From contig DXJL01000090.1 of NCBI GenBank assembly GCA_019057635.1, positions 1-44,714 of the forward strand: DNA of 44,714 nt, read 5' to 3'. Shown here in pieces: positions 1 to 9,598 of this stretch; the stretch's first letter is position 1; each line of letters opens with the position of its first letter. Made by a program: the position numbers and the translations under genes. A model generated the notes under the pieces. The model was given only the letters and a program-made list of their open reading frames with translations. It was not told the DNA's origin and made no database searches. The stretch is from Candidatus Heimdallarchaeota archaeon. GTDB lineage: Archaea; Asgardarchaeota; Heimdallarchaeia; Hodarchaeales; Hodarchaeaceae.

Positions 1-143
1 TATTCAGCAAACGATTTCTGTGAATTCATCCTCACTTCGTGGCATCAAGCGCTTTTTAGAGGACAGAAGGCGTTTTCAAGGGGGTGATACGAAGTACTGA
101 GCCGTTTGACGACATCGGTCTAAAAAAGGTCATAAACATAAAA

Positions 144-2372
144 TCAAAGGAAAAAATCAGATATACCAGTATTTTGCAATTGCCTATCCTGTTCTGATTC
201 TTGAGTCTTCTTAGTTTCTTCTAATATAGTTTTTGCTAGCTCAATTCCAAAACCAGGAATATTTGCTAACTTCGACTGATTCAAATCCGCTAATTGTATA
301 GTGTTTCGAATCCCATGATCAAGCAAAATTCGAGCTCTCTTTCGTCCTATACCCTTTATTGTTGTTAAGCTTACTGCATCGCTTTTAATGCCATATTTCA
401 CTCTTTCTGATAAGGACTCGGATTTTTTTGCAATGAAAAGGTATCGAGGATTGTTTTTAGCAAAAATAGAGGCAATTTCACTTATTGCAGCTGTTAACCA
501 AGTAGCAGTATCAGTAATTCGGTGAACGTCACCAGATCCAATTTTATATCGAATAATTAACTTTTCTATGGGTAATTCATTGACCCAATCCCATAAAAAT
601 AAGGCGGTATAAAAATCACGTAGACGAAAATCATATTCTATATCATCTTTTGTTGGAGCGGATTTTATTAAGCGTGTGGCAAATTTATCAAATCTTCTTT
701 CAGTAACACCTTGGTTTGCCTTTCCAAACATTAATGTAACCATGTCTGGAGTACCCACCAATAAATCAAAAAAAGCCAACGGATGAATTTTAGAGGATCC
801 GTTCTCTATTACAGTTTTCAGTCCTTCAACAATATTTGCTGCAGTCTCAGGATCAAGATACAGCTGGCTTACACGAACTCCATATTGAGTGGCTCTCAGG
901 GTCTCACCTGCATCTAATGGATCAATCATTTCCCAGACTATTAACATGTCAATTACCTCTCGAATTTTCCCCTCCAAGAGGACAGCTTCATATTGAAATC
1001 CATAGAATGTCTTTTCGAAAAAACTCAGCAATTCATCAATATCAGGAATAACTTTCGAGGCAATGAGTCCCAGAATGCTTCGTCTTAATGCTGGCATCGC
1101 CGCTAACTTAGAATAAACTGCTTCAGAGTCCTTTAAAATATATCGATCCATGAGCCATCTAACAGAATGAGGTTGTTTTGCAATTAAAATAGCTTCTCCC
1201 TCTGTATCATATTGAGGACGCCCTGCACGACCACTCATCTGTTTGTACTCTAACGTCATAATAGGATATGAACCCCGTTCTACTGAATATCGATAAACAC
1301 TAGAAATAATAACACGTTTGGCTGGTACGTTTATTCCAGAAGCCAAAGTAGGAGTAGCACATAATACTTTAATGATTCCTTCTTTAAATGAATCTTCAAT
1401 AATCATACGTTGGTTGGAATTTAACCCAGCATGATGAAATGCAGCCCCTTTTTTTACACAAGCTACTAACTGCTTGGATAATGGGTCCGATAAGTTAGTA
1501 GTTAAGGATACGGCTCTTTCGGATAAGGTTTTTTTTTCATGAGGACCGAGTAAAGGTTCTATCCTATCTCCGATCTTATTTGCGGTCGTAACCGCTGATC
1601 TACGGGAAGGAGTAAAAATAAGTACTTGTTCTTCTGAATGGAAGGAATCGAGAGTAAGATTGAGAAGAGGTTCTTTTTGCCTGTATATGACGTCACGGGT
1701 GGTGAAATCTGAATAGGTTACATAATTATCATAAAAGACACCTTCCTTTAATGGAACTGGTCGCCAATCACTTTGCACTAATTCAGCTTTCAACCACTCA
1801 GCTAGTTCTTCACTATTTCCAACAGTTGCACTTAAAGCTACAATCTGTAATTGTGTATTTCTAAGTAATAATCGAGCTAAAAGAATTTCGAGTGTAGGAC
1901 CACGATGTTGATCGTTTAATAGGTGGCACTCATCAACAATAACAAGACTTACCTCATCCTCAACCCAACTTACTTGATGGCGTAGAAGTGCATCAAATTT
2001 CTCATTTGTTGAGACAATGATATCATAACGAGGAAGATAATGGTCCTTTGAATCGTAATCCCCTGACGTTATTGCGACACTTACACCTAAACTTTGAAAC
2101 CGCTTAAAATTTCGAAACTTTTCACTCGCAAGCGCACGTAAGGGACATAAATAAACAACTTTCCCTTGATTTTCCATGATATGTTGTAATGCGGCAATTT
2201 CTGCAAGCAATGTTTTCCCAGCCGCAGTGGGTATAGAAATTACGAGATTTTTTCCCTCTAATAATCCTTGTTTTATAGCAGCTTCTTGGGGGGGATATAA
2301 CTCGCTTATACCGTCAGATTCAATGATTATTTTTTTGATTCCCGAATTTATCGGTAATGTTTCAATATTCAT
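144..2372 (-). CDS. hel308: Ski2-like SF2 DNA helicase Hel308/Hjm
   Basis: Q motif ELYPPQ, Walker A PTAAGKT, DECH box, SAT, AFHHAGL, QMSGRAGRP, C-terminal HhH motifs (IKGIGRKRA, IPGFG). Confidence 0.95.
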   Translation of the reverse strand: MNIETLPINSGIKKIIIESDGISELYPPQEAAIKQGLLEGKNLVISIPTAAGKTLLAEIAALQHIMENQGKVVYLCPLRALASEKFRNFKRFQSLGVSVAITSGDYDSKDHYLPRYDIIVSTNEKFDALLRHQVSWVEDEVSLVIVDECHLLNDQHRGPTLEILLARLLLRNTQLQIVALSATVGNSEELAEWLKAELVQSDWRPVPLKEGVFYDNYVTYSDFTTRDVIYRQKEPLLNLTLDSFHSEEQVLIFTPSRRSAVTTANKIGDRIEPLLGPHEKKTLSERAVSLTTNLSDPLSKQLVACVKKGAAFHHAGLNSNQRMIIEDSFKEGIIKVLCATPTLASGINVPAKRVIISSVYRYSVERGSYPIMTLEYKQMSGRAGRPQYDTEGEAILIAKQPHSVRWLMDRYILKDSEAVYSKLAAMPALRRSILGLIASKVIPDIDELLSFFEKTFYGFQYEAVLLEGKIREVIDMLIVWEMIDPLDAGETLRATQYGVRVSQLYLDPETAANIVEGLKTVIENGSSKIHPLAFFDLLVGTPDMVTLMFGKANQGVTERRFDKFATRLIKSAPTKDDIEYDFRLRDFYTALFLWDWVNELPIEKLIIRYKIGSGDVHRITDTATWLTAAISEIASIFAKNNPRYLFIAKKSESLSERVKYGIKSDAVSLTTIKGIGRKRARILLDHGIRNTIQLADLNQSKLANIPGFGIELAKTILEETKKTQESEQDRQLQNTGISDFFL

Positions 2373-2395
2373 TGGTACCCCAAATAATCAGATTA

Positions 2396-4465
2396 TTAGA
2401 TCTTCTGAACCCGACCTGGTTGGGGTTCAAACAATTTCCCTATTCGAATCATTTTAGCTAGAGCTTGTTCTACTTGATTTCGATCTAAACCATCCTCTAC
2501 TGCTTGCTCAATGATTGCTGTGATTGGTACAGGCTCATTTTCTGATTCTTTTAACATATGATCAATTAATGCATCAATCCGATCCAATCTTCTTCGACTT
2601 TGATCGCTTATCCCAGAGGAGTATTTATCGATGTCTAGTTTCCCAGTTTCAGCATCCTTGGCCAATTTCTCTAGTGTTGCATTCATGAGATTTACAGCTC
2701 CCGAGGCATCCTCATAAGTGACCTCTTCGCTCAACCGCATTTTAGCACGAGCTTCTGATAACCTTACCAAAGCCTCGAGTTGACGTGGAGTAATAGCGAT
2801 TGGATCTGGTCTGCCTTCTTCGATCTTTCCACTTGAAGCCCTTAGATCAGTATAATATTCCAGTAATCGGGCTTCAGCTTCATCGGTGAGTTTCGGATGC
2901 TTAGTCCTACGAGCATGTGCAATATATTTTCGTAAAAGAGTCTGGTCAATTGGAGGATCAACTGGGAGAGTTTGGAGTTTATGAAGTTTCAAGATATGAG
3001 ATGCTTTATCATGATCCTCTTTCAAATCAGGTTTGTCTTCAAGAACAAAAATTAAATCAAAACGTGACAAGATGGTCGGAGGGAGATTTAAATTTTCTGC
3101 AGTAGCTTTAAAAGGATTCCAACGTCCTCTTCGTGGATTAGCTGCTGCTAATATTGAGGTTCGTGCATTCAAGGTGGCTACAATACCTGCTTTGGCTATA
3201 CTTATCGTATGCTGTTCCATCGCTTCGTGAATCGCCGTACGGTCTTCAGGACGCATTTTATCGAATTCATCTACCATAGCAATCCCTTGATCTGCAAGTA
3301 CTAATGCTCCTGCTTCCAGGGTTATTTCTCCCGTATCTTGGTCGCGAATCACAGCTGCGGTCAAACCTGCCGCTGTACTTCCTTTTCCTGTCGTATATAG
3401 TGCTCTAGGTGCCAATTTTGTTACAAATTTTAATAATTGACTTTTACCTACTCCTGGATCACCAATAAGTAGGATATTCGATTCTCCGCGGATTTTCATT
3501 CCGTCAGGTGTTTTTTTTTCACTCCCTCCAAAAAGTAGCGCTGCAATACCCTCCTTAACTAGATCGTGTCCATAAATTGATGGAGCCAGTGAATCACGTA
3601 TTTTTTTGATTATATAGGGGGACTCTGATAATTCCGTAATTTGTTTAAGATCCTCTTCGGTAATTTCAACATCCACATATTCCGCTGTTTCCTTTACAAT
3701 ATTAACTCCTTGAAAGAATTTGTTATAGGTAGCTAATTGCCCTCTTTTCAGCATTCGAGTTGATCGTGCTTTCAAAATTCCTACAACTTCGACACGATCA
3801 CCTGGACGAGCTTGATCTACGAGATCATCGAGGACATGAATCATTATGCTTTGGGGTAATTGCCCAGGGGGTAACTCTTCAGGTTTTTCTTGTATAGTGA
3901 TTTTTTGCCAGTCAATAAACAGGCTATCTTCAAGTAAAAGGACCAAGGAACCTTTTCTTTGACAATGCTCATCTCCGCATTGATAGGGGGGGCTGTAAAT
4001 TCCTTCTGGAAATTCCTCCACTTGGTGGTGGCCACACGATGCACATTTAAAATGCCCTTCAATTAATAATGGTTTTGTCTCTGTTACACCTATAACGATA
4101 CCCTCAAAATTCGTAAGCTGGCCTAAATGTTCAGTTTTTAATGTACGGAGAAGGACTTTGTCAGTGAAATTATCTATTCGAATATGAGCTTGTCGATATT
4201 TATCGAAGTAATCTGGATCATTTTGCATTAAGATTTCGTGGAGAACTTTTTCTCCCTCGTGAAAGCATTCTTCAGGATTGAGTACTATCTCTCTCGCTAA
4301 TCGGGGATCGTGATGTAACAAATCATTGTACGAAATAGGCAGGCTTCTTAGTCCTTTTCGAGGCATATCGCGTATTTTTTCACGATAGCGCAGCATGCCT
4401 GTTTCATCAGCAAATTCATTGATGAAGGATTCAAATCGTCCTCTAATATCAAAAGGTAAACTCAT
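2396..4465 (-). CDS. mcm: MCM replicative helicase
   Basis: Zn finger CASC...CGDEHC, GDPGVGKSQ, VDEFDKM, AIHEAMEQHTISIAKAG, LSRFDL, ITPRQLE; 689 aa, no intein-sized insert. Confidence 0.98.
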   Translation of the reverse strand: MSLPFDIRGRFESFINEFADETGMLRYREKIRDMPRKGLRSLPISYNDLLHHDPRLAREIVLNPEECFHEGEKVLHEILMQNDPDYFDKYRQAHIRIDNFTDKVLLRTLKTEHLGQLTNFEGIVIGVTETKPLLIEGHFKCASCGHHQVEEFPEGIYSPPYQCGDEHCQRKGSLVLLLEDSLFIDWQKITIQEKPEELPPGQLPQSIMIHVLDDLVDQARPGDRVEVVGILKARSTRMLKRGQLATYNKFFQGVNIVKETAEYVDVEITEEDLKQITELSESPYIIKKIRDSLAPSIYGHDLVKEGIAALLFGGSEKKTPDGMKIRGESNILLIGDPGVGKSQLLKFVTKLAPRALYTTGKGSTAAGLTAAVIRDQDTGEITLEAGALVLADQGIAMVDEFDKMRPEDRTAIHEAMEQHTISIAKAGIVATLNARTSILAAANPRRGRWNPFKATAENLNLPPTILSRFDLIFVLEDKPDLKEDHDKASHILKLHKLQTLPVDPPIDQTLLRKYIAHARRTKHPKLTDEAEARLLEYYTDLRASSGKIEEGRPDPIAITPRQLEALVRLSEARAKMRLSEEVTYEDASGAVNLMNATLEKLAKDAETGKLDIDKYSSGISDQSRRRLDRIDALIDHMLKESENEPVPITAIIEQAVEDGLDRNQVEQALAKMIRIGKLFEPQPGRVQKI

Positions 4466-4468
4466 TGT

Positions 4469-5065
4469 CTACACTCCTCGTTCCTCTTGATTAATTAACG
4501 ATTTCCAGTTTACAACCCAAGAATGTATTTTTGTCATAAGTATTACCTCAGATGCAGTTAAATTGAGTTTCCGAGGATTAAAATCGTTACTATCGGTTAA
4601 TTTAATAATCTTTGATAGTCTTTCGGTTATTAATTGTTTAATACGAATTTTTTGACGTTTTAACTCTATTTCATCATAATGTGAATCGTTAATGTCTGAT
4701 TTTATAACCTGCTCACTGAACAATGAATAGAAGTATGGATGAAGCTGTTGAACTTCCCCATGGCGCACTTCTTTTCGCACCGCTGCAGTTAGCTCCTGTA
4801 AGGACAAAGGAAAATCATTTCTAAAATCTTCAATTAGATTTTCTTTAAGCAAAATTTCAGCAATAAAATAAGGAATATCTATTCTACTGTTTTCTGTTGT
4901 AGATGGGATATTAATCCCTCCAAATTCAAAACCAGTAAAAGGACTAGTAAATTTCACTGAAATAGAACTATTAGTGAACTCAAACAGTATTCTCTTTAAT
5001 TCTAACTCTAGTTCCATTTTTTCGGATTGAATTTTCTCAGGTTTATCAGTGATAATATTCTCCAC
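4469..5065 (-). CDS. GINS complex subunit (Gins23/Psf2-like)
   Basis: Directly upstream of mcm (usual archaeal gins23-mcm order); motifs IDIPYFIAEIL, LHPYFY, ERLSKI, NLTASE. Confidence 0.8.
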   Translation of the reverse strand: MENIITDKPEKIQSEKMELELELKRILFEFTNSSISVKFTSPFTGFEFGGINIPSTTENSRIDIPYFIAEILLKENLIEDFRNDFPLSLQELTAAVRKEVRHGEVQQLHPYFYSLFSEQVIKSDINDSHYDEIELKRQKIRIKQLITERLSKIIKLTDSNDFNPRKLNLTASEVILMTKIHSWVVNWKSLINQEERGV

Positions 5066-5463
5066 CTAAACTCATCATCTTGGGGTGATTTTCCTCAACT
5101 ACTTGGGAGGTAATTATTTGGATTGATGGAAATTTCCTTCACGAAAAATGCTTATTCTTCACAGTTCAGGAAGTTGATTCATTTGTGTTGGAAATCCGAC
5201 CAGTTTTACAAACCCCTTTACAAACGAATTATTTGAGCGTTAAGTTAAAAGACCTTCCTTCCCGTATTACAAATAAATTACTTCTCCAATCTGCGTTTAA
5301 ACTTACAATCTTCTTATATGTACAATTACTTCTCCTTAAGCGTTGTGAGATTCATTCTAGATAGTTCAAATATAGCAGAAGTTGATATGAAGGAAGTAAC
5401 AATCCTTGTTTCAATTTTAAGTAGAAAATACCTCCTATTTTTCCTTTAACAGACTAGATGAGT

Positions 5464-6687
5464 TTATGTCTCGTTTTTCAATTGCTTAGCGATAAAAACT
5501 TCTATTCTCTCAATGAGGATTGCAGCAGGAACATCATGAATCGTTAATCGAGCTCGTACTCCTTTTCGTCCTTTAACACCCTTAGTAACTTTACCCAAAA
5601 TACCTATTGCTTCTAGGGTAGATAAGTAGTTTCTGAATGCTGCTTCCCCATTAGGTGTAGCATTCCATTCTTCGCAAATGATTCGATAATTTTTAAATGA
5701 ATGTTCAATCGTTGTTGCTGTAATTCCCTTGTGATGTAGTCTCCGAGCAACACTGAGAGCTGCAAATAATTCGTGTGGGTTTAGTTCTTCTAAAATATCA
5801 GCCCGCATTTCGGGATATACATCGTTCTTAGCTCTACGAACAAGTTCAGGTGTAATTTCATCTATCCTCTTTTGATCGGCAGCTCTCCCTGCGCGATAAA
5901 GAGTTTCAATCCCGTGTCGTAAATTTTTTGTTTGATCGGATATTTCCGCAACCATATCGACTATATCTTCCGATAGTGCGTAAGATTTGAATGCAAGTTC
6001 TGAGCGATACCCAAGAATTTTACGGGTTTCCTCATAGTTATAAGGTTGAAAGTGAATTACGTCTGAAATCCTTTGGGAAACCATCGATGAAAGAGCCACT
6101 TTCCATTCAGTAGGGCGGCTGATCATGATCAGTGAAATTCTGTGTTCCATGCCAAATTCTTCTGATAAGTGGACAAAACCACGTATATCTTTTTGATTTA
6201 AGACACTAGCTTCGTCAAGAATCAACAAAAGATAAGCTTGTTCGGAGTTCAAGCGTCTTATGAGAATATCCGTCGATTCCTCATCACTGAATCCTCGACT
6301 TGCCACACCAAATTGATCACGTAGGATGGATCTAAGAATAGAAGTTTTTGTTCGTGTAGTCCAACAATTCTTGTAATCAGTGTATAGTTTGAGATGATAT
6401 TTCTCTGCAGTGGATTGTATCCTATCCACTGTATATCGGCTAGTTACTGTCTTACCAATTCCAGCAGATCCGGTAATCGCCAGATTTATCGAAAATCCTG
6501 AATACCCACCTCTTTCTGAAGCAAAGAGTTCACGAAAATTCTGAGAAATTCTCCGAATATGATCTTCACGGAAATTCAGGATCTCAGGGATATATGATTG
6601 ATTGAGAGTTCTTTCTCCTCCTTCTTTAAATACTGATGATGAAAATAAGGCCTCTTGGATAATATCAACTGATTTTTTATCATTCAT
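5464..6687 (-). CDS. cdc6: Orc1/Cdc6 replication initiator
   Basis: LNQSYIPEILNFRE, Walker A GSAGIGKT, Walker B LILDE, FQPYNYEE, C-terminal winged helix. Confidence 0.93.
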   Translation of the reverse strand: MNDKKSVDIIQEALFSSSVFKEGGERTLNQSYIPEILNFREDHIRRISQNFRELFASERGGYSGFSINLAITGSAGIGKTVTSRYTVDRIQSTAEKYHLKLYTDYKNCWTTRTKTSILRSILRDQFGVASRGFSDEESTDILIRRLNSEQAYLLLILDEASVLNQKDIRGFVHLSEEFGMEHRISLIMISRPTEWKVALSSMVSQRISDVIHFQPYNYEETRKILGYRSELAFKSYALSEDIVDMVAEISDQTKNLRHGIETLYRAGRAADQKRIDEITPELVRRAKNDVYPEMRADILEELNPHELFAALSVARRLHHKGITATTIEHSFKNYRIICEEWNATPNGEAAFRNYLSTLEAIGILGKVTKGVKGRKGVRARLTIHDVPAAILIERIEVFIAKQLKNET

Positions 6688-6789
6688 GTAACTAATTTCC
6701 TTTGCTTAATCAAAATCGAATCATAATTGGGTTTACTCAAAGCTGTTTTCTATTTTAAGAGTTTTTTATTGTTTTAGAATCCTAAGTAA

Positions 6790-7986
6790 TCAAATTTTTT
6801 CAGCACAGGGATTCCATACCCCGACTTCCAGCAATTCTTCCTTTAATACTTGGAGGTATTGCGAATTTGCTTCTTCAATCAATGAGTGACGTTCGATCTT
6901 TAGCGGGTCTAGTTTATTATCATTTAATTTTGAACTCACATCAATTTGATAGGTTTTTTTGCAATAATCAATCCATCCTTGGGGAGATACTTCAGGGAGA
7001 GAGATTCCACTAATTCCAGCTAATGTTGCCATCCACACACGAGCAACAGAATCAGGATTATATCCACCTCCTCCTAGTAATAGTAATCGTCCATTCGCAG
7101 AGCAATTATCACTTAATTCTGCAATTCTTTTTCCAAGAAAGTTATATAAATTGGTGGTTAAATTTAAATGGCCTAGTATATCACCAAAATGGCCATCAGC
7201 ACCACATTGCCAAATAATAAACTCAGGATCATATTCCCTCCAAATACAGGGAACAATTTTTTCGAAGAGATCAATAAAGAGTTCATCCCAAGTTCCTGGG
7301 AATAGTGGTACGTTAATCGTATACCCTAAACCTTCTCCCTTTCCAATTTCATCGGATAGTCCGGTGCCTGGAAATAAAAATTGAGGTGATTCATGAAAAG
7401 AAATTCCTAGCATATTTCTACTTGAGTAGAAGGCATTTAATACTCCATCTCCATGATGGACATCTGTATCGATATAAAGAACTCGCTCAATCCCGTGTTC
7501 CTCTTGAAGGTAATTGATTGCGATAACAGCATCATTATAATAACAGAATCCTGCAGCTCGTTCTTCAAAGGCATGATGTAAACCTGCCATTAATGAGAAT
7601 GCTTGGTCAACATCATTATTCATGATACGCTTGATTCCCTCTAATGTTCCACCTACAATAAGGCTAGAAGATTCATGCATTTCAGGAAACACAGGGCAAT
7701 CTCCTGTTCCAAGACCATATCTACCATAATATCCATCACCCGCCTTAGAAAGAGATTTGACCATTTTAATATAGTTTTTTGAATGGTAGCGTAAGAGATC
7801 GTCTTCTGAAGCTTCAGAAGGGGAAAACTCAACAAAAGATTGATTATCATGAAAATCGAGATTTCTATATAATTGATAAGGAATATCCAATCGTCTCGCA
7901 TTCATTGGATGCCCCTCACCTAAATTGTATTTAGTGAATTGGTCAGACCAAACTATTCCCGTTTTTTTCATCTTTGCAGGTCCCAA
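6790..7986 (-). CDS. Zn-dependent deacetylase, class I HDAC/AcuC family
   Basis: HPMNARR, GDCPVF, GLHHA, GFCYYND, DVHHGDG, QCGAD, GGGGY: full catalytic set. Confidence 0.93.
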   Translation of the reverse strand: MGPAKMKKTGIVWSDQFTKYNLGEGHPMNARRLDIPYQLYRNLDFHDNQSFVEFSPSEASEDDLLRYHSKNYIKMVKSLSKAGDGYYGRYGLGTGDCPVFPEMHESSSLIVGGTLEGIKRIMNNDVDQAFSLMAGLHHAFEERAAGFCYYNDAVIAINYLQEEHGIERVLYIDTDVHHGDGVLNAFYSSRNMLGISFHESPQFLFPGTGLSDEIGKGEGLGYTINVPLFPGTWDELFIDLFEKIVPCIWREYDPEFIIWQCGADGHFGDILGHLNLTTNLYNFLGKRIAELSDNCSANGRLLLLGGGGYNPDSVARVWMATLAGISGISLPEVSPQGWIDYCKKTYQIDVSSKLNDNKLDPLKIERHSLIEEANSQYLQVLKEELLEVGVWNPCAEKI

Positions 7987-8177
7987 TTGTAATAATCATC
8001 AATTCATTATTATTGAAATTGTTCAAATCTTCCCCATAAGTATCCTTCTAAATGATTACTCAGTTCATTAAATTATTTACCAATAGTTAGAATCGTTAAT
8101 TATATAAGAGGACATACTAGATTCTTTATTTGATAGACACACAGAATCGCAAAATATAAGGAGAAGTGTTTTACTTG

Positions 8178-8753
8178 ATGAAGAAAAATGCGAAGATTAG
8201 TGTATTAGGACTAGATCGTGCTGGAAAAACAACAATGCTCCAGAGATTAAAAACAGGAAGATGGATTCCTGATACTACCCCAACTATTGGAATGAACGCT
8301 GAAACGATACAGATAGGCGATGTTACTTTTTCTGCATGGGATCTAGGAGGCCAATTGCAGTTTAGACGGGCTTTATGGGAAATGTACACCAAAAACTCAA
8401 AGGGGCTCATATATGTAATCGATTTAAGTGATCCAGCCCGATTTCCAGAGAGTCGAAATTATCTCTGGAGAATGTTGAAAATGACTCACTTGAAAAATAT
8501 TCCATTGGCAATTTTCGCAAATAAAATAGACTTGGTGGATTGCACAGAGGAGGATTTAGCAAATTTCATGGGTATAAATAAGAAGATGAGTAGAGTACTG
8601 TCTATATTCAAAACTAGTGCTGTAACTGGTGAAGGTATCCACAAAGGAATATACTGGTTAGCTGATGCAATTCAGGAAGGAAAACATTCCCCCATGGAAT
8701 TATATCAAATAAAATCACTTTTTGGAAGAGAATCCTCCATTCTAGCTACTTGA
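8178..8753 (+). CDS. Arf/Sar1-family small GTPase
   Basis: G1 GLDRAGKT, G2 TTPTIG, G3 WDLGGQ, G4 NKID, G5 TSA; ATG at 8178 preferred over GTG at 8166. Confidence 0.93.
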   Translation: MKKNAKISVLGLDRAGKTTMLQRLKTGRWIPDTTPTIGMNAETIQIGDVTFSAWDLGGQLQFRRALWEMYTKNSKGLIYVIDLSDPARFPESRNYLWRMLKMTHLKNIPLAIFANKIDLVDCTEEDLANFMGINKKMSRVLSIFKTSAVTGEGIHKGIYWLADAIQEGKHSPMELYQIKSLFGRESSILAT

Positions 8754-9467
8754 TTAAGCGTCAAATGTTTGAGTTTTTATTGCCAATTTTGACTCATGAA
8801 TAGCTCTATAGATGAGTTCTTGATCTTCTTTGTACATATGATTTGTATCATAAAAAAGCCATTTCTCAGCTTGTTTCAAGTAGGAAATATCCCTGAGCAG
8901 ATTCGCTTTCAATAATAATTTTACGCCTTGAAATATATGACTTCTTACTAGTTCAGAAGGAAGTTTTGTCCCGAGTTCTTTCATTAAGTGAGCTGCCTGA
9001 AAAGCATCTTCACTCAGGAATACACATAACACTGCACAAGAATAAAGACTGCTCGCATTTTCATTAAAATTAAGCTCTAAATGTTTTTTACCAGCAGTAA
9101 GATAAGCATCTTTCGCAGCTCTGAACTGCTTTATAGCGAACTCTTCAATATGTAGTACAACGGGCTTTTTTGCTGGGATACTAGATAAATCTGACCCAAA
9201 ACCACTCTCCGCTAATTCTCTGAGAATATCAGAGGTGATATCATCCTCAATATACATTGACGAAATGGTTTCGATAGAAGTGTGGGCTTGTTCTTCAAGT
9301 AAAGGAGGGCGAGTTAATATTTCCTCAGGTAATGTCGGTGGAGGAGAAAGAATAGGATATTGTAGTGATTCATCAAATAGTTCATCTTCTAGAGAGGGAG
9401 GGGATGGTAAATCAGTGATTGAAACTCTAGCTTGTTTTTTTTTTGGTCGACGAAGGACGGGTGACAT
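8754..9467 (-). CDS. Hypothetical protein: basic/Pro-rich N-terminus plus helical SNAP/TPR-like C-terminal domain
   Basis: 237-aa ORF filling the gap; C-terminal pattern resembles alpha-SNAP by eye. Confidence 0.6.
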   Translation of the reverse strand: MSPVLRRPKKKQARVSITDLPSPPSLEDELFDESLQYPILSPPPTLPEEILTRPPLLEEQAHTSIETISSMYIEDDITSDILRELAESGFGSDLSSIPAKKPVVLHIEEFAIKQFRAAKDAYLTAGKKHLELNFNENASSLYSCAVLCVFLSEDAFQAAHLMKELGTKLPSELVRSHIFQGVKLLLKANLLRDISYLKQAEKWLFYDTNHMYKEDQELIYRAIHESKLAIKTQTFDA

Positions 9468-9598
9468 AATCTAATTCCTATTATGAGTAGAGGGGATGTA
9501 CCAATTCAGTTTGGGTGCACTACTATAAAAAATCTACTAACCCGAACGTATTAATACAATAATACGGGTAGTTTATTCTCCTCCATAGATGTGATTGT

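Noticed and set aside
144-4465. Inteins in Hel308 or MCM
   Set aside because: Protein lengths are normal and there are no intein terminal motifs at the usual insertion sites
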